Shown: piece by piece, positions 1 through 15,094 of the stretch
How the letters are laid out: each line of letters starts with the position of its first letter
Numbering within the stretch: the first letter of the stretch is position 1
Sequence record: OQ411014.1
Length of the DNA stretch: 64,000 nucleotides
Strand: one strand, 5' to 3'
Source of the DNA: Escherichia phage EJP2
Program-made: the position numbers and the translations under genes
The notes under the pieces: generated by a model
What the model saw: the letters and a program-made list of their open reading frames with translations, nothing else
What the model was told of the DNA's origin: nothing
The model's database searches: none

Positions 1-240
1 AGCTTCTACGAAAGGAGTGCCGTCAACACGAACTACACCTTTATCGTTTAGGAAAGCAGTGATTTCATCACGCTCAACTGTGTTTAGAAAATGTTGAACA
101 CCCGCATATGAACATGGAGCACCAGTCACAGCGATAACAACATCACCAGCATTTGCAACAGCGATGGAAACTAGGGCGTTTTTACCATAGAAATAACCAA
201 GAACGCCACTCTCGGAGAAACCATTAATACGTTCTAACAT
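1..240 (-). CDS. hypothetical protein, 5' part only (gene runs off the window start)
   Basis: ATG at 240 on complement preceded by AAAGGAG RBS; frame stays open to position 1; GC-richer codon usage than the rest of the window. Confidence 0.5.
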   Translation of the reverse strand, partial: MLERINGFSESGVLGYFYGKNALVSIAVANAGDVVIAVTGAPCSYAGVQHFLNTVERDEITAFLNDKGVVRVDGTPFVEA

Positions 241-257
241 GTTAATTCTCCTTTAAA

Positions 258-821
258 TTATTTAAGTACAGGTAGTGCAGCAAACACTTTAATAGCAACT
301 GGAACAGCGTCAGCAGCAGAACCGTCTTGTTTGCGGAATACACCAGCTTGACCTAGGTCAGCAACGAATTCAGCACATGGATCAACTGGAACTGGGTATG
401 CAGCACCTGGACGAACAGCTTGTGCGTTAAACACATCTTGACGTTCGATGATGTAAGTGATACCGAAAGAAGTAGCAGTTAGAACGCCAGTAGAACCGTA
501 AGCGATTACGTTACCGTCAACTTTACCGAAATCAGCAACAGTTGCATCTACTTCGCCTTTAGCTAGTAGAGAGGTAGTAACTAGTACTGCACGTTGGGAA
601 AGTAGTTGTGCAACCATAAATTGGTTGTAGTTTGCAGCAGATAGAGCGGTCTGAGCAGCGTTATCGCCAATTTCAGTACCGTCAGGTTGAATAGCGGTTT
701 CGCCAATTTCAACGTCAGCAGGTAGAGATAGAACTACAGTTACAAAACCGTTATCACCACCCCAGAATTCACGACCATGTGCACTCATGCCATAGTTACG
801 ATCAAAAGTATTAAGACTCAT
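258..821 (-). CDS. hypothetical protein, 187 aa, Ala/Val/Gly-rich (possibly virion-associated)
   Basis: Track ORF; AAGGAGA RBS upstream of ATG at 821; same strand and tight spacing with the partial gene at 1..240; GC-richer composition. Confidence 0.55.
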   Translation of the reverse strand: MSLNTFDRNYGMSAHGREFWGGDNGFVTVVLSLPADVEIGETAIQPDGTEIGDNAAQTALSAANYNQFMVAQLLSQRAVLVTTSLLAKGEVDATVADFGKVDGNVIAYGSTGVLTATSFGITYIIERQDVFNAQAVRPGAAYPVPVDPCAEFVADLGQAGVFRKQDGSAADAVPVAIKVFAALPVLK

Positions 822-963
822 AAAAATCTCCTTGTCTAATTTGTTGCAGATTAATCCTGCTTAAAGTTATTTATCAATTGTGTATTTGCATAACACGGAA
901 AAGGATGAAATAACATCGTTTTATATGAATTTATTTATCAAATTTTGAGACACACAGATTTTA

Positions 964-974
964 TGTGCTATAAT
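964..974 (+). promoter_or_regulatory. extended -10 promoter (TGTGCTATAAT variant)
   Basis: TGnTATAAT-type element about 30 nt upstream of the AGGAG RBS of the 1007 gene. Confidence 0.45.
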
Positions 975-982
975 ACTACTGA

Positions 983-1993
<1,011 letters not shown>

Positions 1994-1994
1994 T

Positions 1995-2495
1995 ATGCCA
2001 GTACTAAAAATACTAACGGACTATGCATTCATTGCTGAAACTAACGCAGGTGATAAGATTGGTATTCTAATCAATCACGCAGAAGACAGTACTGAACGGA
2101 ATGGGATTGAATTTATTTGTCCAGACGGAACATTAGAATTCAATACTATTGAAGAACTAGAATCTATTATGGGTGAGAAATTCACCTATAAAGAAGTAGA
2201 AACGAAAGATGCGACAACTTCATCTAAGAGTATTGGTGATTATCCTGTAAATGACACAGATAGTGTTTATGATGTACAGGAAGACCCAACAACTGGTTAC
2301 AGTACTTTCTCTAAGAGTAAGAAGTCTAAGAAGCGTTTCTACCCAGGTTGGTTCTTGGTAAAATCCAGTACTGGAACATATAATCCACGGATGACTATCA
2401 GTACTGACATTTATGATGAACGTATTGATACTGATGAACTTTATGGTCCTTTCAAGACATTTATGGAAGTTACATATAAACTAAAAGGACTATGA
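1995..2495 (+). CDS. hypothetical protein
   Basis: Track ORF, 166 aa; AAGGA RBS; stop/start coupling with flanking genes. Confidence 0.55.
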   Translation: MPVLKILTDYAFIAETNAGDKIGILINHAEDSTERNGIEFICPDGTLEFNTIEELESIMGEKFTYKEVETKDATTSSKSIGDYPVNDTDSVYDVQEDPTTGYSTFSKSKKSKKRFYPGWFLVKSSTGTYNPRMTISTDIYDERIDTDELYGPFKTFMEVTYKLKGL

Positions 2496-2496
2496 T

Positions 2497-5800
<3,304 letters not shown>

Positions 5801-5817
5801 ATATAATTATAATATAA

Positions 5818-7147
<1,330 letters not shown>

Positions 7148-7164
7148 GAGATAAATTCACTTTT

Positions 7165-7175
7165 TGTGATATAAT
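7165..7175 (+). promoter_or_regulatory. extended -10 promoter TGTGATATAAT
   Basis: Exact copy of the recurrent motif; first of two tandem promoters upstream of the SSB gene. Confidence 0.5.
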
Positions 7176-7260
7176 AGATTTACCAGCTAGTCTGGTGAAG
7201 TAAAAGACTTGAGATTGTCTCTAAAAAATCTTAAAAAATTATTGAGCATTTCGAAAAGAA

Positions 7261-7271
7261 TGTGATATAAT
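7261..7271 (+). promoter_or_regulatory. extended -10 promoter TGTGATATAAT
   Basis: Exact copy; second tandem promoter, about 95 nt upstream of the SSB start. Confidence 0.5.
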
Positions 7272-7277
7272 ATAAAC

Positions 7278-7313
7278 ATCAAGATGATACGGAAATAAAA
7301 CAACATCTTGATG
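7278..7313 (+). promoter_or_regulatory. 5' UTR hairpin (perfect 10-bp inverted repeat) in the SSB leader
   Basis: CATCAAGATG (7278-7287) pairs with CATCTTGATG (7304-7313), 16-nt loop, followed by an A-rich stretch up to the RBS. Confidence 0.4.
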
Positions 7314-7364
7314 GTAACAAAGAAACCTAATATAAACCAAGAAACAACGTAAAGGAATACAAAT

Positions 7365-8426
7365 ATGAAATCTCTAGCTGAAATTCGTGCTCAACTACAA
7401 GCTCAAGAAGAAAAAGCCACCGCAATCAAAAACGGTACTTTTACTGGTGAACGTAAAGCTGACGCTTTCCTAGCTTTCTGGAACATCCCAGAGAACACTC
7501 CACTAAATCTACGTTTTCTACCAGATGCGGATGAGAACAACCCATTCTTCTGGCGTGAACGTGACATGATTACACTTGAGTTCAACGGTATCGTTGGTAT
7601 GCACTCTGATAAAGTACGTGTTCAAGTACCATGTAATGAAATGTGGGTTCCAAAATCCTGTCCTGTAACTAACGAACTACGTAAGTGGTACGAAGTTGCT
7701 AAAGAGACTGGTGATGAAGCTCTAAAACAACAAGCAAGCAAATACTGGAAAAAGAAATCCTATCTACTACAATGCTTTATCGCTCCTGATTCTGTAGCTG
7801 TAAAGGATGATATCGCTCCAGAAAACCCAATCCGTCGCGTTCTAGTGAATAAAGAGATTTTCAGTAAAATCACTTCTATTCTAATGAACCCAGGCATCAA
7901 AGAAATGCCAGTTCACTATGAAGGTGGTCGTGACTTTGGTGTAGTAAAAACTAAAAACGGTGGTGGCTTCAACCAGTACAATATGTCCCAGTTCTCCATG
8001 TCTGAGCGTCCATTGAATACTGCTGAACGTGCTGCAATCGAAACATACGGTCTATTCGACCTAGGCGAATTCATGCCAAAACAACCAACTCCTGAAGAAC
8101 TACAAGCAATTGCTGAAATGTTCGAAGCATCAGTTGATGGCAAACCATATGACCCTGCACGTTGGGCTTTCGCTTACCGTCCAGCAGGTGTTCAAAAACC
8201 AACTAGCGGTGCACCTTTTACTCCAGCACCACAACAAGCTCCTACTACTCCTGCTCCACAAGCACCAGTACAGGAAAGTGTTCAACAACCTGCTCCACAG
8301 GCTCCAGTACAACAACCTGTACAACAGCCAGTACAAACTCCAGTAACTCCTGTTACTCCAGCGGCATCTACCGCTCCAGTATCAGCAGCAGATTTGGTTG
8401 CTCGTCTAAAGATGCAAAACAAATAA
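7365..8426 (+). CDS. single-stranded DNA-binding protein (T4 gp32-like)
   Basis: LRFLPDADENNPFF matches the gp32 IRFLPSKNDEQAPF region from memory; Cys pairs suited to a zinc site; Pro/Gln-rich acidic-tail-like C-terminus; sits next to the UvsX-like gene. Confidence 0.8.
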   Translation: MKSLAEIRAQLQAQEEKATAIKNGTFTGERKADAFLAFWNIPENTPLNLRFLPDADENNPFFWRERDMITLEFNGIVGMHSDKVRVQVPCNEMWVPKSCPVTNELRKWYEVAKETGDEALKQQASKYWKKKSYLLQCFIAPDSVAVKDDIAPENPIRRVLVNKEIFSKITSILMNPGIKEMPVHYEGGRDFGVVKTKNGGGFNQYNMSQFSMSERPLNTAERAAIETYGLFDLGEFMPKQPTPEELQAIAEMFEASVDGKPYDPARWAFAYRPAGVQKPTSGAPFTPAPQQAPTTPAPQAPVQESVQQPAPQAPVQQPVQQPVQTPVTPVTPAASTAPVSAADLVARLKMQNK

Positions 8427-8468
8427 TCTGAAGTTGAAGTAAGTAGTAAAGGTAGTATAATAGATAAA

Positions 8469-8496
8469 GGGGCAAAGGATTTGCCCCAATTTTATT
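8469..8496 (+). terminator. hairpin plus U-tract in the leader of the recombinase gene
   Basis: GGGGCAAA-GGA-TTTGCCCC then AATTTTATT; GTAGTATAAT -10-like element just upstream at 8451-8461. Confidence 0.5.
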
Positions 8497-8511
8497 CATG
8501 GAGAAGAATAT

Positions 8512-9630
8512 ATGAAAATGACATCTGGTTTCGCTAACATCCTAAAAAGCAGTACTGCATCTGTAAAGAAAAACTCTGGCGTTAGTATGGGCTTCCATGA
8601 TCCTGACACTTGGGTTAGTACTGGTAACTTAGCATTGAACTACCGTATCAGTGGAGACTTTCGTAAAGGTATCCCACTAGGCAAAGTAACTATGTTTGCT
8701 GGTGAATCTGGTTCTGGTAAATCATTTATCGTTAGTGGAAACATTGCTCGTGAAGCACAACAACAAGGTATCTTCGTAGTACTAATTGACTCCGAAAACG
8801 CATTGGATAGTGATTGGCTTCGTGCTCTAGGTGTTGATACTTCTGAAGAAAAACTTCTAAAAATGAACATGGGTATGATTGGCGACGTTGCTAAATTCAC
8901 TTATGACTTCATTGAAGGTTATCGTAAAGAGTATGAAAACGTTCCACGTGAAGAACGTCAAAAAGTACTGTTCATCATTGACTCTATCGGTATGTTGAAT
9001 ACTGAAATTGCTAATGACCAAATGAAAGCTGGTACTATGAAAGGTGACATGGGTCACAAACCAAAACAACTAAAAGCGTACATCACTAACTGTGTGAACT
9101 CTTTAGGTGCATTGAATATGGGTATGGTCTGTGTAAACCACAGTTACGAATCCCAAGACATGTTCAACCCTGACCCAAAAATCAGTGGTGGTTCTGGTCT
9201 AGTATATGCATCCTCAATCGTAGTTGCGATGGGTAAACTAAAATTGAAAGAAGACCAAGATGGTAACAAAACATCTGATGTGAGCGGTATCCGTTCAAAA
9301 TGTAAAGTCATGAAGACTCGTTACAACAAACCATTTGAAGACGTAGAAATCAAAATCCCTTACGAGCGTGGCATGGACCCACTAAGTGGACTATTTGATA
9401 TGTTCCTCAAATACGAACTACTAACCAAATCCGGTAACCGTTATATGTATGTTGATATCGATACTGGTGAACAAATCCTCATGTTTGAAAAAGCATGGCG
9501 TCAAAATACAAACAAATCGCTTGAACTAGTAATGGAACAGTTCAATCGCCATCCTAATATCTCTCCTATCCTAGAAGATGATAAAGGTGATGAATCCTTT
9601 GGTGATGATATCCCAGACACTGAAGAGTAA
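8512..9630 (+). CDS. uvsX: RecA-family recombinase (UvsX-like)
   Basis: Walker A GESGSGKSF, RecA-like core, acidic C-terminus. Confidence 0.9.
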   Translation: MKMTSGFANILKSSTASVKKNSGVSMGFHDPDTWVSTGNLALNYRISGDFRKGIPLGKVTMFAGESGSGKSFIVSGNIAREAQQQGIFVVLIDSENALDSDWLRALGVDTSEEKLLKMNMGMIGDVAKFTYDFIEGYRKEYENVPREERQKVLFIIDSIGMLNTEIANDQMKAGTMKGDMGHKPKQLKAYITNCVNSLGALNMGMVCVNHSYESQDMFNPDPKISGGSGLVYASSIVVAMGKLKLKEDQDGNKTSDVSGIRSKCKVMKTRYNKPFEDVEIKIPYERGMDPLSGLFDMFLKYELLTKSGNRYMYVDIDTGEQILMFEKAWRQNTNKSLELVMEQFNRHPNISPILEDDKGDESFGDDIPDTEE

Positions 9631-9641
9631 AATAAATTCAC

Positions 9642-9669
9642 ATGGCTACTTTACGGTAGCCATTTTTAA
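9642..9669 (+). terminator. intrinsic terminator
   Basis: ATGGCTAC-TTTAC-GTAGCCAT then TTTTAAT. Confidence 0.55.
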
Positions 9670-9698
9670 TGCTAGTATAAAACCAAAGGAGTATAGTG

Positions 9699-10163
9699 AT
9701 GAGCAAACCTTGGCATTGGGTAATAAAAGCTGATAAAACTAAGATTGTTGATATGGTACAGTTCTTTGATGCTGAACTGGAACAAGCTCGTAAAGAGATC
9801 AAACAAGTTGGTGTTATCGAGAATATTGCAGCAAAACTCCCTTCTTACCATGAAGAGCGTTTTGGTCAACTACAACAAATCGAAGCAGTGATGGAAGTTC
9901 TTGAACTAGAAATGCGTAAACTCGAATCCGAAAAGTTTCAGTTCTTTCTAGAACACTATCGCCGTGCTTTGTCGTCTGCTGACTGTAAACGTTATGTTGA
10001 AGGTGACAAAGAAGTAGTAGAACAATCAGAACTAATCAACGAAGTTGCGTACATCCGTAACCAATACGTTGGTATCATCAAATCCCTAGAAATGAAAGCA
10101 TTCCAGATTAACAATATCGTTAAACTGCGTACTGCTGGAATTGAAGACGCTCGTATCGACTAA
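9699..10163 (+). CDS. hypothetical coiled-coil protein (recombination mediator only by position)
   Basis: Track ORF starts at GTG 9696; ATG at 9699 has an AAAGGAG RBS; no motif recognised. Confidence 0.55.
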   Translation: MSKPWHWVIKADKTKIVDMVQFFDAELEQARKEIKQVGVIENIAAKLPSYHEERFGQLQQIEAVMEVLELEMRKLESEKFQFFLEHYRRALSSADCKRYVEGDKEVVEQSELINEVAYIRNQYVGIIKSLEMKAFQINNIVKLRTAGIEDARID

Positions 10164-10169
10164 TACATT

Positions 10170-10199
10170 AGGACGCACATCATTGCGTCCTATTATTTT
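10170..10199 (+). terminator. intrinsic terminator (AGGACGCA stem family)
   Basis: AGGACGCA-CATCAT-TGCGTCCT then ATTATTTTA. Confidence 0.6.
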
Positions 10200-10213
10200 A
10201 TATAAGGAATTAT

Positions 10214-11032
10214 ATGTCTAAACTAGAAGAATTCTTGAAGAACGTATCAGTACTGGATACTGAAACCACTGGCGTTGAAAGCGATGATGACATTATCGAA
10301 TTCAGCATTTCCTATCCACATGGTTGTCATGAGAATATTGACACTATCGACAACTACACTCTACGATACAAACCTCTAAAAGATATTCCCCCAGAAGCGA
10401 GTGCAGTCCACTTTATCAGTACTGAAGATGTAGCAAACTGTATCGGTTATGCTGATGATCTAGAAAACATTGATGCTCTTATGGGTTGCCGTAACTACCT
10501 GATTGGTCACAACGTCCAGTTCGACCGTCGTATGATTACTGATAATGAATTCAAACATCGTGGTTCAGTATCCGAATATCTACTTGACGATTCTCGTTGG
10601 ATCTGTACACTACGTCTGGCGAAGAAAATGTTCGCAGAAGATGTTGAATATAAAAACCTAACACTAAGTTATTTGTGGTACAAATTCGGTTGTTATCGTG
10701 ATGTTCATCGTGCAGTCAATGCCCACGCAGCAAAAGATGACGTTTTCATGTGCTACCAAGTACTGGTAAAACTCGTTGAAGTTGCTATTGAGCGTGGTCA
10801 CATTGACCCAACACAAGACATTGGCCCACAAATTACTGAATTCGTAAACACCCCAATCCGTTATACCGTGATGCCATTTGGTAAACACAAGGGTGAACAA
10901 ATGTCTGTAGTACCACTAAACTATATTGAGTGGATGATTCGGAACAGTGACGTTCTAAACGAAGACCAGCCGAACTATGACATGGACTTTGCACACACTC
11001 TAGCAGCAGAATATAGCGAACGTACTAACTAA
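10214..11032 (+). CDS. DnaQ-like DEDDh 3'-5' exonuclease
   Basis: Exo I VLDTETTG, Exo II LIGHNVQFDRRMI, Exo III HAAKDD. Confidence 0.75.
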   Translation: MSKLEEFLKNVSVLDTETTGVESDDDIIEFSISYPHGCHENIDTIDNYTLRYKPLKDIPPEASAVHFISTEDVANCIGYADDLENIDALMGCRNYLIGHNVQFDRRMITDNEFKHRGSVSEYLLDDSRWICTLRLAKKMFAEDVEYKNLTLSYLWYKFGCYRDVHRAVNAHAAKDDVFMCYQVLVKLVEVAIERGHIDPTQDIGPQITEFVNTPIRYTVMPFGKHKGEQMSVVPLNYIEWMIRNSDVLNEDQPNYDMDFAHTLAAEYSERTN

Positions 11033-11053
11033 TACACAATAAGGAACTCATGG

Positions 11054-12538
11054 ATGAGTAATATTTGTAAGCTAACGCTTCAGGATGAAGTGAATTGTAA
11101 ATTTGAAGAGTTACCTATACAAGTTCGTAATGAGATGGTGAAAGCCGTCTCATACGTGCTACCGTATGCTAAATTCACCCCAGCAGGTCGTTTAGGACGT
11201 TGGGATGGTAAAGTAAACTTTATGAACTTAGGTGGTAGTACTTATTACCATATGCTTGATAAGTTACTACCAATCCTTGAGAAACATAACATTAGTATTG
11301 ACTTGGAAGATCAACGTATCCAACACAACTTCGAGTTCGACGAAATTGATGAGAATCTTTTCAGTTATGTTGAATTTGGTGCAGGTCACCACATGGAAGG
11401 TAAAAGTGTTGTTCTTCGTGAACACCAAGTGAACGCAATCAATGAATGTCTACGCAATCCGCATGGTCTATTGTTAGCTAGTACATCTTCTGGTAAGACA
11501 CTTATTACTGCTGGGCTATCGAAGTGCGTAGAAAAGTATGGACGTAGTATCATCATCGTTCCAAGTACTGACCTAGTACAGCAAACGTATAATGACTATG
11601 AAATGGTTGGATTAGATGCTGGTGTATTCTATGGTGATAAGAAAGAGTTGGGACACCAACACACTATCACAACATGGCAATCATTGAACTCTCTTTGGAA
11701 ACAAACCAAAAAGAATGAAATCCAACTGTCTGAACAAGACATTCATGACTTTATTGATGGTGTCGTATGTGTAATGGTCGATGAAGCCCACACAGCAGCA
11801 GCAGAAGCTCTACAATCAGTACTGGGACAAGTAATGAAGGATATCCCACTACGTTGGGGTCTAACTGGTACTATCCCTAAAGACCCAGTAGTAGCGGCTA
11901 AGATACGTTGTAATGTTGGTGATGTAATCTATACTATTACTGCAAAAGAACTACAAGATAAGAAAATTCTTAGTACTTGTAATGTAAACTGTATCAAACT
12001 AAAAAGTACTTTGAAGTTCGCAACATATCCAGAAGAGATGAAATATCTTGTAACTGACCGTGAGCGAATGGCGTACATTGCACAACTCATTTCTGCAATA
12101 TCCAGTTCAGGTAATACCTTGGTGCTGGTGGATAGACTTGAGGCAGGTGAACTACTTTGTGAGTTCTTGGGGATTCCCAAATCAGAATTCGTTCGAGGAC
12201 AAACTAAGAAGAAAGACCGCGAAGCATCGTATGGTGAGATTCGCTGGGCTGATAACCAAATACTGATTGCAACGTATGGTGTAGCGAGTACAGGTATTAG
12301 TATTTCACGTTTATACAATGTAGTACTGATTGAGCCAGGAAAGAGTTTCGTTCGTACCATCCAGTCCATTGGGCGTGGTTTGCGTCGTGCTGAAGATAAA
12401 GACCACGTAGAGATTTACGATATCAGTGGGTCTAACAAATACTCTGCTAAACACTCCAGAGAACGCATCGCGTACTATGAAGAAGTTCAGTACCCGTATA
12501 CAAAATTGGATGTAAAAGATTGGCAACAAAAAATGTGA
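11054..12538 (+). CDS. SF2 DEAH-box helicase
   Basis: Motif I ASTSSGKT, motif II VMVDEAH, motif VI QSIGRGLRR. Confidence 0.8.
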   Translation: MSNICKLTLQDEVNCKFEELPIQVRNEMVKAVSYVLPYAKFTPAGRLGRWDGKVNFMNLGGSTYYHMLDKLLPILEKHNISIDLEDQRIQHNFEFDEIDENLFSYVEFGAGHHMEGKSVVLREHQVNAINECLRNPHGLLLASTSSGKTLITAGLSKCVEKYGRSIIIVPSTDLVQQTYNDYEMVGLDAGVFYGDKKELGHQHTITTWQSLNSLWKQTKKNEIQLSEQDIHDFIDGVVCVMVDEAHTAAAEALQSVLGQVMKDIPLRWGLTGTIPKDPVVAAKIRCNVGDVIYTITAKELQDKKILSTCNVNCIKLKSTLKFATYPEEMKYLVTDRERMAYIAQLISAISSSGNTLVLVDRLEAGELLCEFLGIPKSEFVRGQTKKKDREASYGEIRWADNQILIATYGVASTGISISRLYNVVLIEPGKSFVRTIQSIGRGLRRAEDKDHVEIYDISGSNKYSAKHSRERIAYYEEVQYPYTKLDVKDWQQKM

Positions 12539-12551
12539 TAAAACGTATTTT

Positions 12552-12562
12552 TGTGATATAAT
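12552..12562 (+). promoter_or_regulatory. extended -10 promoter TGTGATATAAT
   Basis: Exact motif copy about 40 nt upstream of the 12601 gene. Confidence 0.5.
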
Positions 12563-12600
12563 CAGATGTGTTGATAAACAAAATAAAAGGAATTATATAA

Positions 12601-13038
12601 ATGGAACTTAGATCTAGCATTGCATTCATCGCTGACCAGAAGACACTAGACGTATTAGATGTGTTTTTGAATGACGATTCTATTATGGATGATATGGTAT
12701 CCTCAATTGATTACATTCAAGAGTTAGAACGTGCAGACACTAACGTCTGGCGTTGTAACACCAACGGTGATGAATGGGTCAACATCTATGAATTACAAGA
12801 GCGTATTGCAGCTAAGGATGAATCTCTAAAGTTTGATATCATCTATGCCAGTACTGATGCTAAGACGTTCATTGACGTGATTAGTATTAGTGGCAACTTC
12901 GATTCGTATGTAGATACTGATTTAGACAAAGTACAAGAACTATGTGAAACCTATGGTTTGGAGTTTTACGGTGCAGACGAAGTAGAAGATTACTACTACG
13001 ATGATGAAGAAGAATCTGAAGATGATGAGTACTACTAA
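12601..13038 (+). CDS. hypothetical highly acidic protein
   Basis: Track ORF; AAGGAA RBS; Asp/Glu-rich with C-terminal DEVEDYYYDDEEESEDDEYY tail. Confidence 0.55.
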   Translation: MELRSSIAFIADQKTLDVLDVFLNDDSIMDDMVSSIDYIQELERADTNVWRCNTNGDEWVNIYELQERIAAKDESLKFDIIYASTDAKTFIDVISISGNFDSYVDTDLDKVQELCETYGLEFYGADEVEDYYYDDEEESEDDEYY

Positions 13039-13049
13039 GGAGAAATGAG

Positions 13050-13553
13050 ATGAAAGTATTGACACCAGAAAATAAAACATTCGATATTGATATGGTTACT
13101 GACTGTATTCCAGAAGAGATGTTCTGTGTATTGGATTTGAGTGAGTATGGGGATTCAGATTTCTATTTCAAACATATCCTACACACTGTATCATTCAACA
13201 GTATCAGTGTGGATTTACAAATTGGTGATCGAGTGGTTCAAATCCCACTAGGTTGGCAGATTCTTCTAGGTGATGAAGAAACTGGTATGATTGAGATGTG
13301 CACTATCGAGAACCTTTTGAATATGAAAGATCCACTCGCTTATGTATACAATCCGATTCGTTCTATGTATGCTAAGTTTGAACCAATCAAAGTACTGCAA
13401 GTATATACTCTAACGCAGAAATGGCAGATTCCGTACCTACAGAAAAAGAACCTACTGTGTGTACCACTGCAATCAGGCTCTAATCCTCCGTGTGCATTCT
13501 TTGCGGATGAGAACGAGAAAATTCAAGATTTATATTTAGGAATTGGTGAGTAA
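13050..13553 (+). CDS. hypothetical protein
   Basis: Track ORF; AAGGAG RBS. Confidence 0.55.
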   Translation: MKVLTPENKTFDIDMVTDCIPEEMFCVLDLSEYGDSDFYFKHILHTVSFNSISVDLQIGDRVVQIPLGWQILLGDEETGMIEMCTIENLLNMKDPLAYVYNPIRSMYAKFEPIKVLQVYTLTQKWQIPYLQKKNLLCVPLQSGSNPPCAFFADENEKIQDLYLGIGE

Positions 13554-13554
13554 C

Positions 13555-14403
13555 ATGTTTGATTTCAGTACAACTAAAAAATCTTCAGAAGAAATAGAAC
13601 TGACCAAAGAAAGTAATATCAAACTGGACATGAACAATCTGTTAGCTAAGATTGATACAGCAGATTACAAATATTATGATTCACTCACTGATAAGGAGAA
13701 GAAGCACTTCACGCCTTATACAGTACTAAGGTGGGTGAGTTCACTTGATGACAGTATGCTCGTAACCTATGGTGCGAAGCGTGTTGAGGATATTTTTGGT
13801 AAGTGGAGTGCTGGTGGTAAAGAAGCACTAAACGAGCTACGTACTGAACTTCAATCTGCTGGCATCAATATCATCAGCATTGCAAAATATGAACACGGGA
13901 AATATGACTGGCGAATTAAGTTCGCCGTCCCGAACAAAGAAACTGCTGATAATCTAATGGAAGCTATGAAAGAGTTCACAATCACTGGCGGTGAAATCAT
14001 CTCTTTGATTGATAGTCTAACTGCTAAGTATCATTTGATTATGTTGAATGACATGGTGAATGATGGTTTCTGGAGTCTCAAGGAACACCCTGAGTTGGTA
14101 TATCAGTTATTATGTTCAGTATCTGATATGGTTGGGGCAGAGAAGCGAGCACACACATGGCTTCCTTTCCCAAAAGGTCTAAAAAACGTTGACAAAACCA
14201 TCTTTGAGATTATAAAATCTACACAAACTGGATTGACAGCAAACCAACTCACCGAAGAAGAGTATAAGATTTTGTTGTCAGGTTACAATAAGAGTTCTTT
14301 TACAGAGTTGCTTGATGAGATGGGATATCAAGAATCTGAGAAGAAAAGTACATTGAAACAATTCAAATCGGAATGTGAGAAATATGACCAGAGCTACAAG
14401 TAA
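13555..14403 (+). CDS. hypothetical protein
   Basis: Track ORF begins at TTG 13543; first ATG at 13555 has a GGTGAG RBS. Confidence 0.55.
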   Translation: MFDFSTTKKSSEEIELTKESNIKLDMNNLLAKIDTADYKYYDSLTDKEKKHFTPYTVLRWVSSLDDSMLVTYGAKRVEDIFGKWSAGGKEALNELRTELQSAGINIISIAKYEHGKYDWRIKFAVPNKETADNLMEAMKEFTITGGEIISLIDSLTAKYHLIMLNDMVNDGFWSLKEHPELVYQLLCSVSDMVGAEKRAHTWLPFPKGLKNVDKTIFEIIKSTQTGLTANQLTEEEYKILLSGYNKSSFTELLDEMGYQESEKKSTLKQFKSECEKYDQSYK

Positions 14404-15094
14404 GAGCACAGATTTTCAATGTTGTTTCTGTGATAAGAAATTCAAACGTGAAGAAACAATTCTTACTCATAAATGCACTAAACGCGACCGATACAATGAC
14501 CGAGACTCCCGCCAAATGCGGGAGGCTTTTCGTATCTATATGCATTTTATGACTTTCAACCGTATGAGCATTAAAAAAGGCGTAGAGCCTTTAATGCATT
14601 TCATCAAGTCCAAGTACTTCAATGAGTTCTATGATCTTGCGGGGTATGTACTACAAACTGACATACTAAACAAAGAAGATTTCATAACTAATATTATAAG
14701 TACTGGAAAAAAGGTATATGAATGGACTACCACAAAAACTCTAACAGAGTGGACTATTCAATGTATCAAGAATGAACACCCTACATATGCTGTAGAAAGA
14801 TCCATCCCTGCCTTAGTTGAATGGGGAGCATTGAATGAATGTGAATGGAACACTTTCTTTGCAAATGTTAGTACTGAACGTGCGATTCGTTGGCTTGAGA
14901 CAGGAAAGATCTCACCTTGGTTGATCTATACTGCTGCCCCTGAGAGTGGGAATAAACTATTATCGCGTTTTTCGGACACTGAATTGGATTACATTTACCA
15001 GTATATTGAACCTACGTTCTTCACTCGTAAGATGATCAAATACGATGCCGAGTGTAAACGTATTCGTGAATTACTGACAGGAGCCGGATTATGA
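14384..15094 (+). CDS. hypothetical protein with N-terminal C2HC-like zinc-finger motif
   Basis: Track ORF from GTG 14375; ATG at 14384; CCFC..x12..H-K-C motif. Confidence 0.5.
   Translation: MTRATSKSTDFQCCFCDKKFKREETILTHKCTKRDRYNDRDSRQMREAFRIYMHFMTFNRMSIKKGVEPLMHFIKSKYFNEFYDLAGYVLQTDILNKEDFITNIISTGKKVYEWTTTKTLTEWTIQCIKNEHPTYAVERSIPALVEWGALNECEWNTFFANVSTERAIRWLETGKISPWLIYTAAPESGNKLLSRFSDTELDYIYQYIEPTFFTRKMIKYDAECKRIRELLTGAGL

Noticed and set aside
14188-14216. Internal TTGACA ... TATAAA promoter-like element
   Set aside because: 16-nt spacer with an imperfect -10, inside a coding region and with no downstream start; likely incidental in AT-rich DNA.
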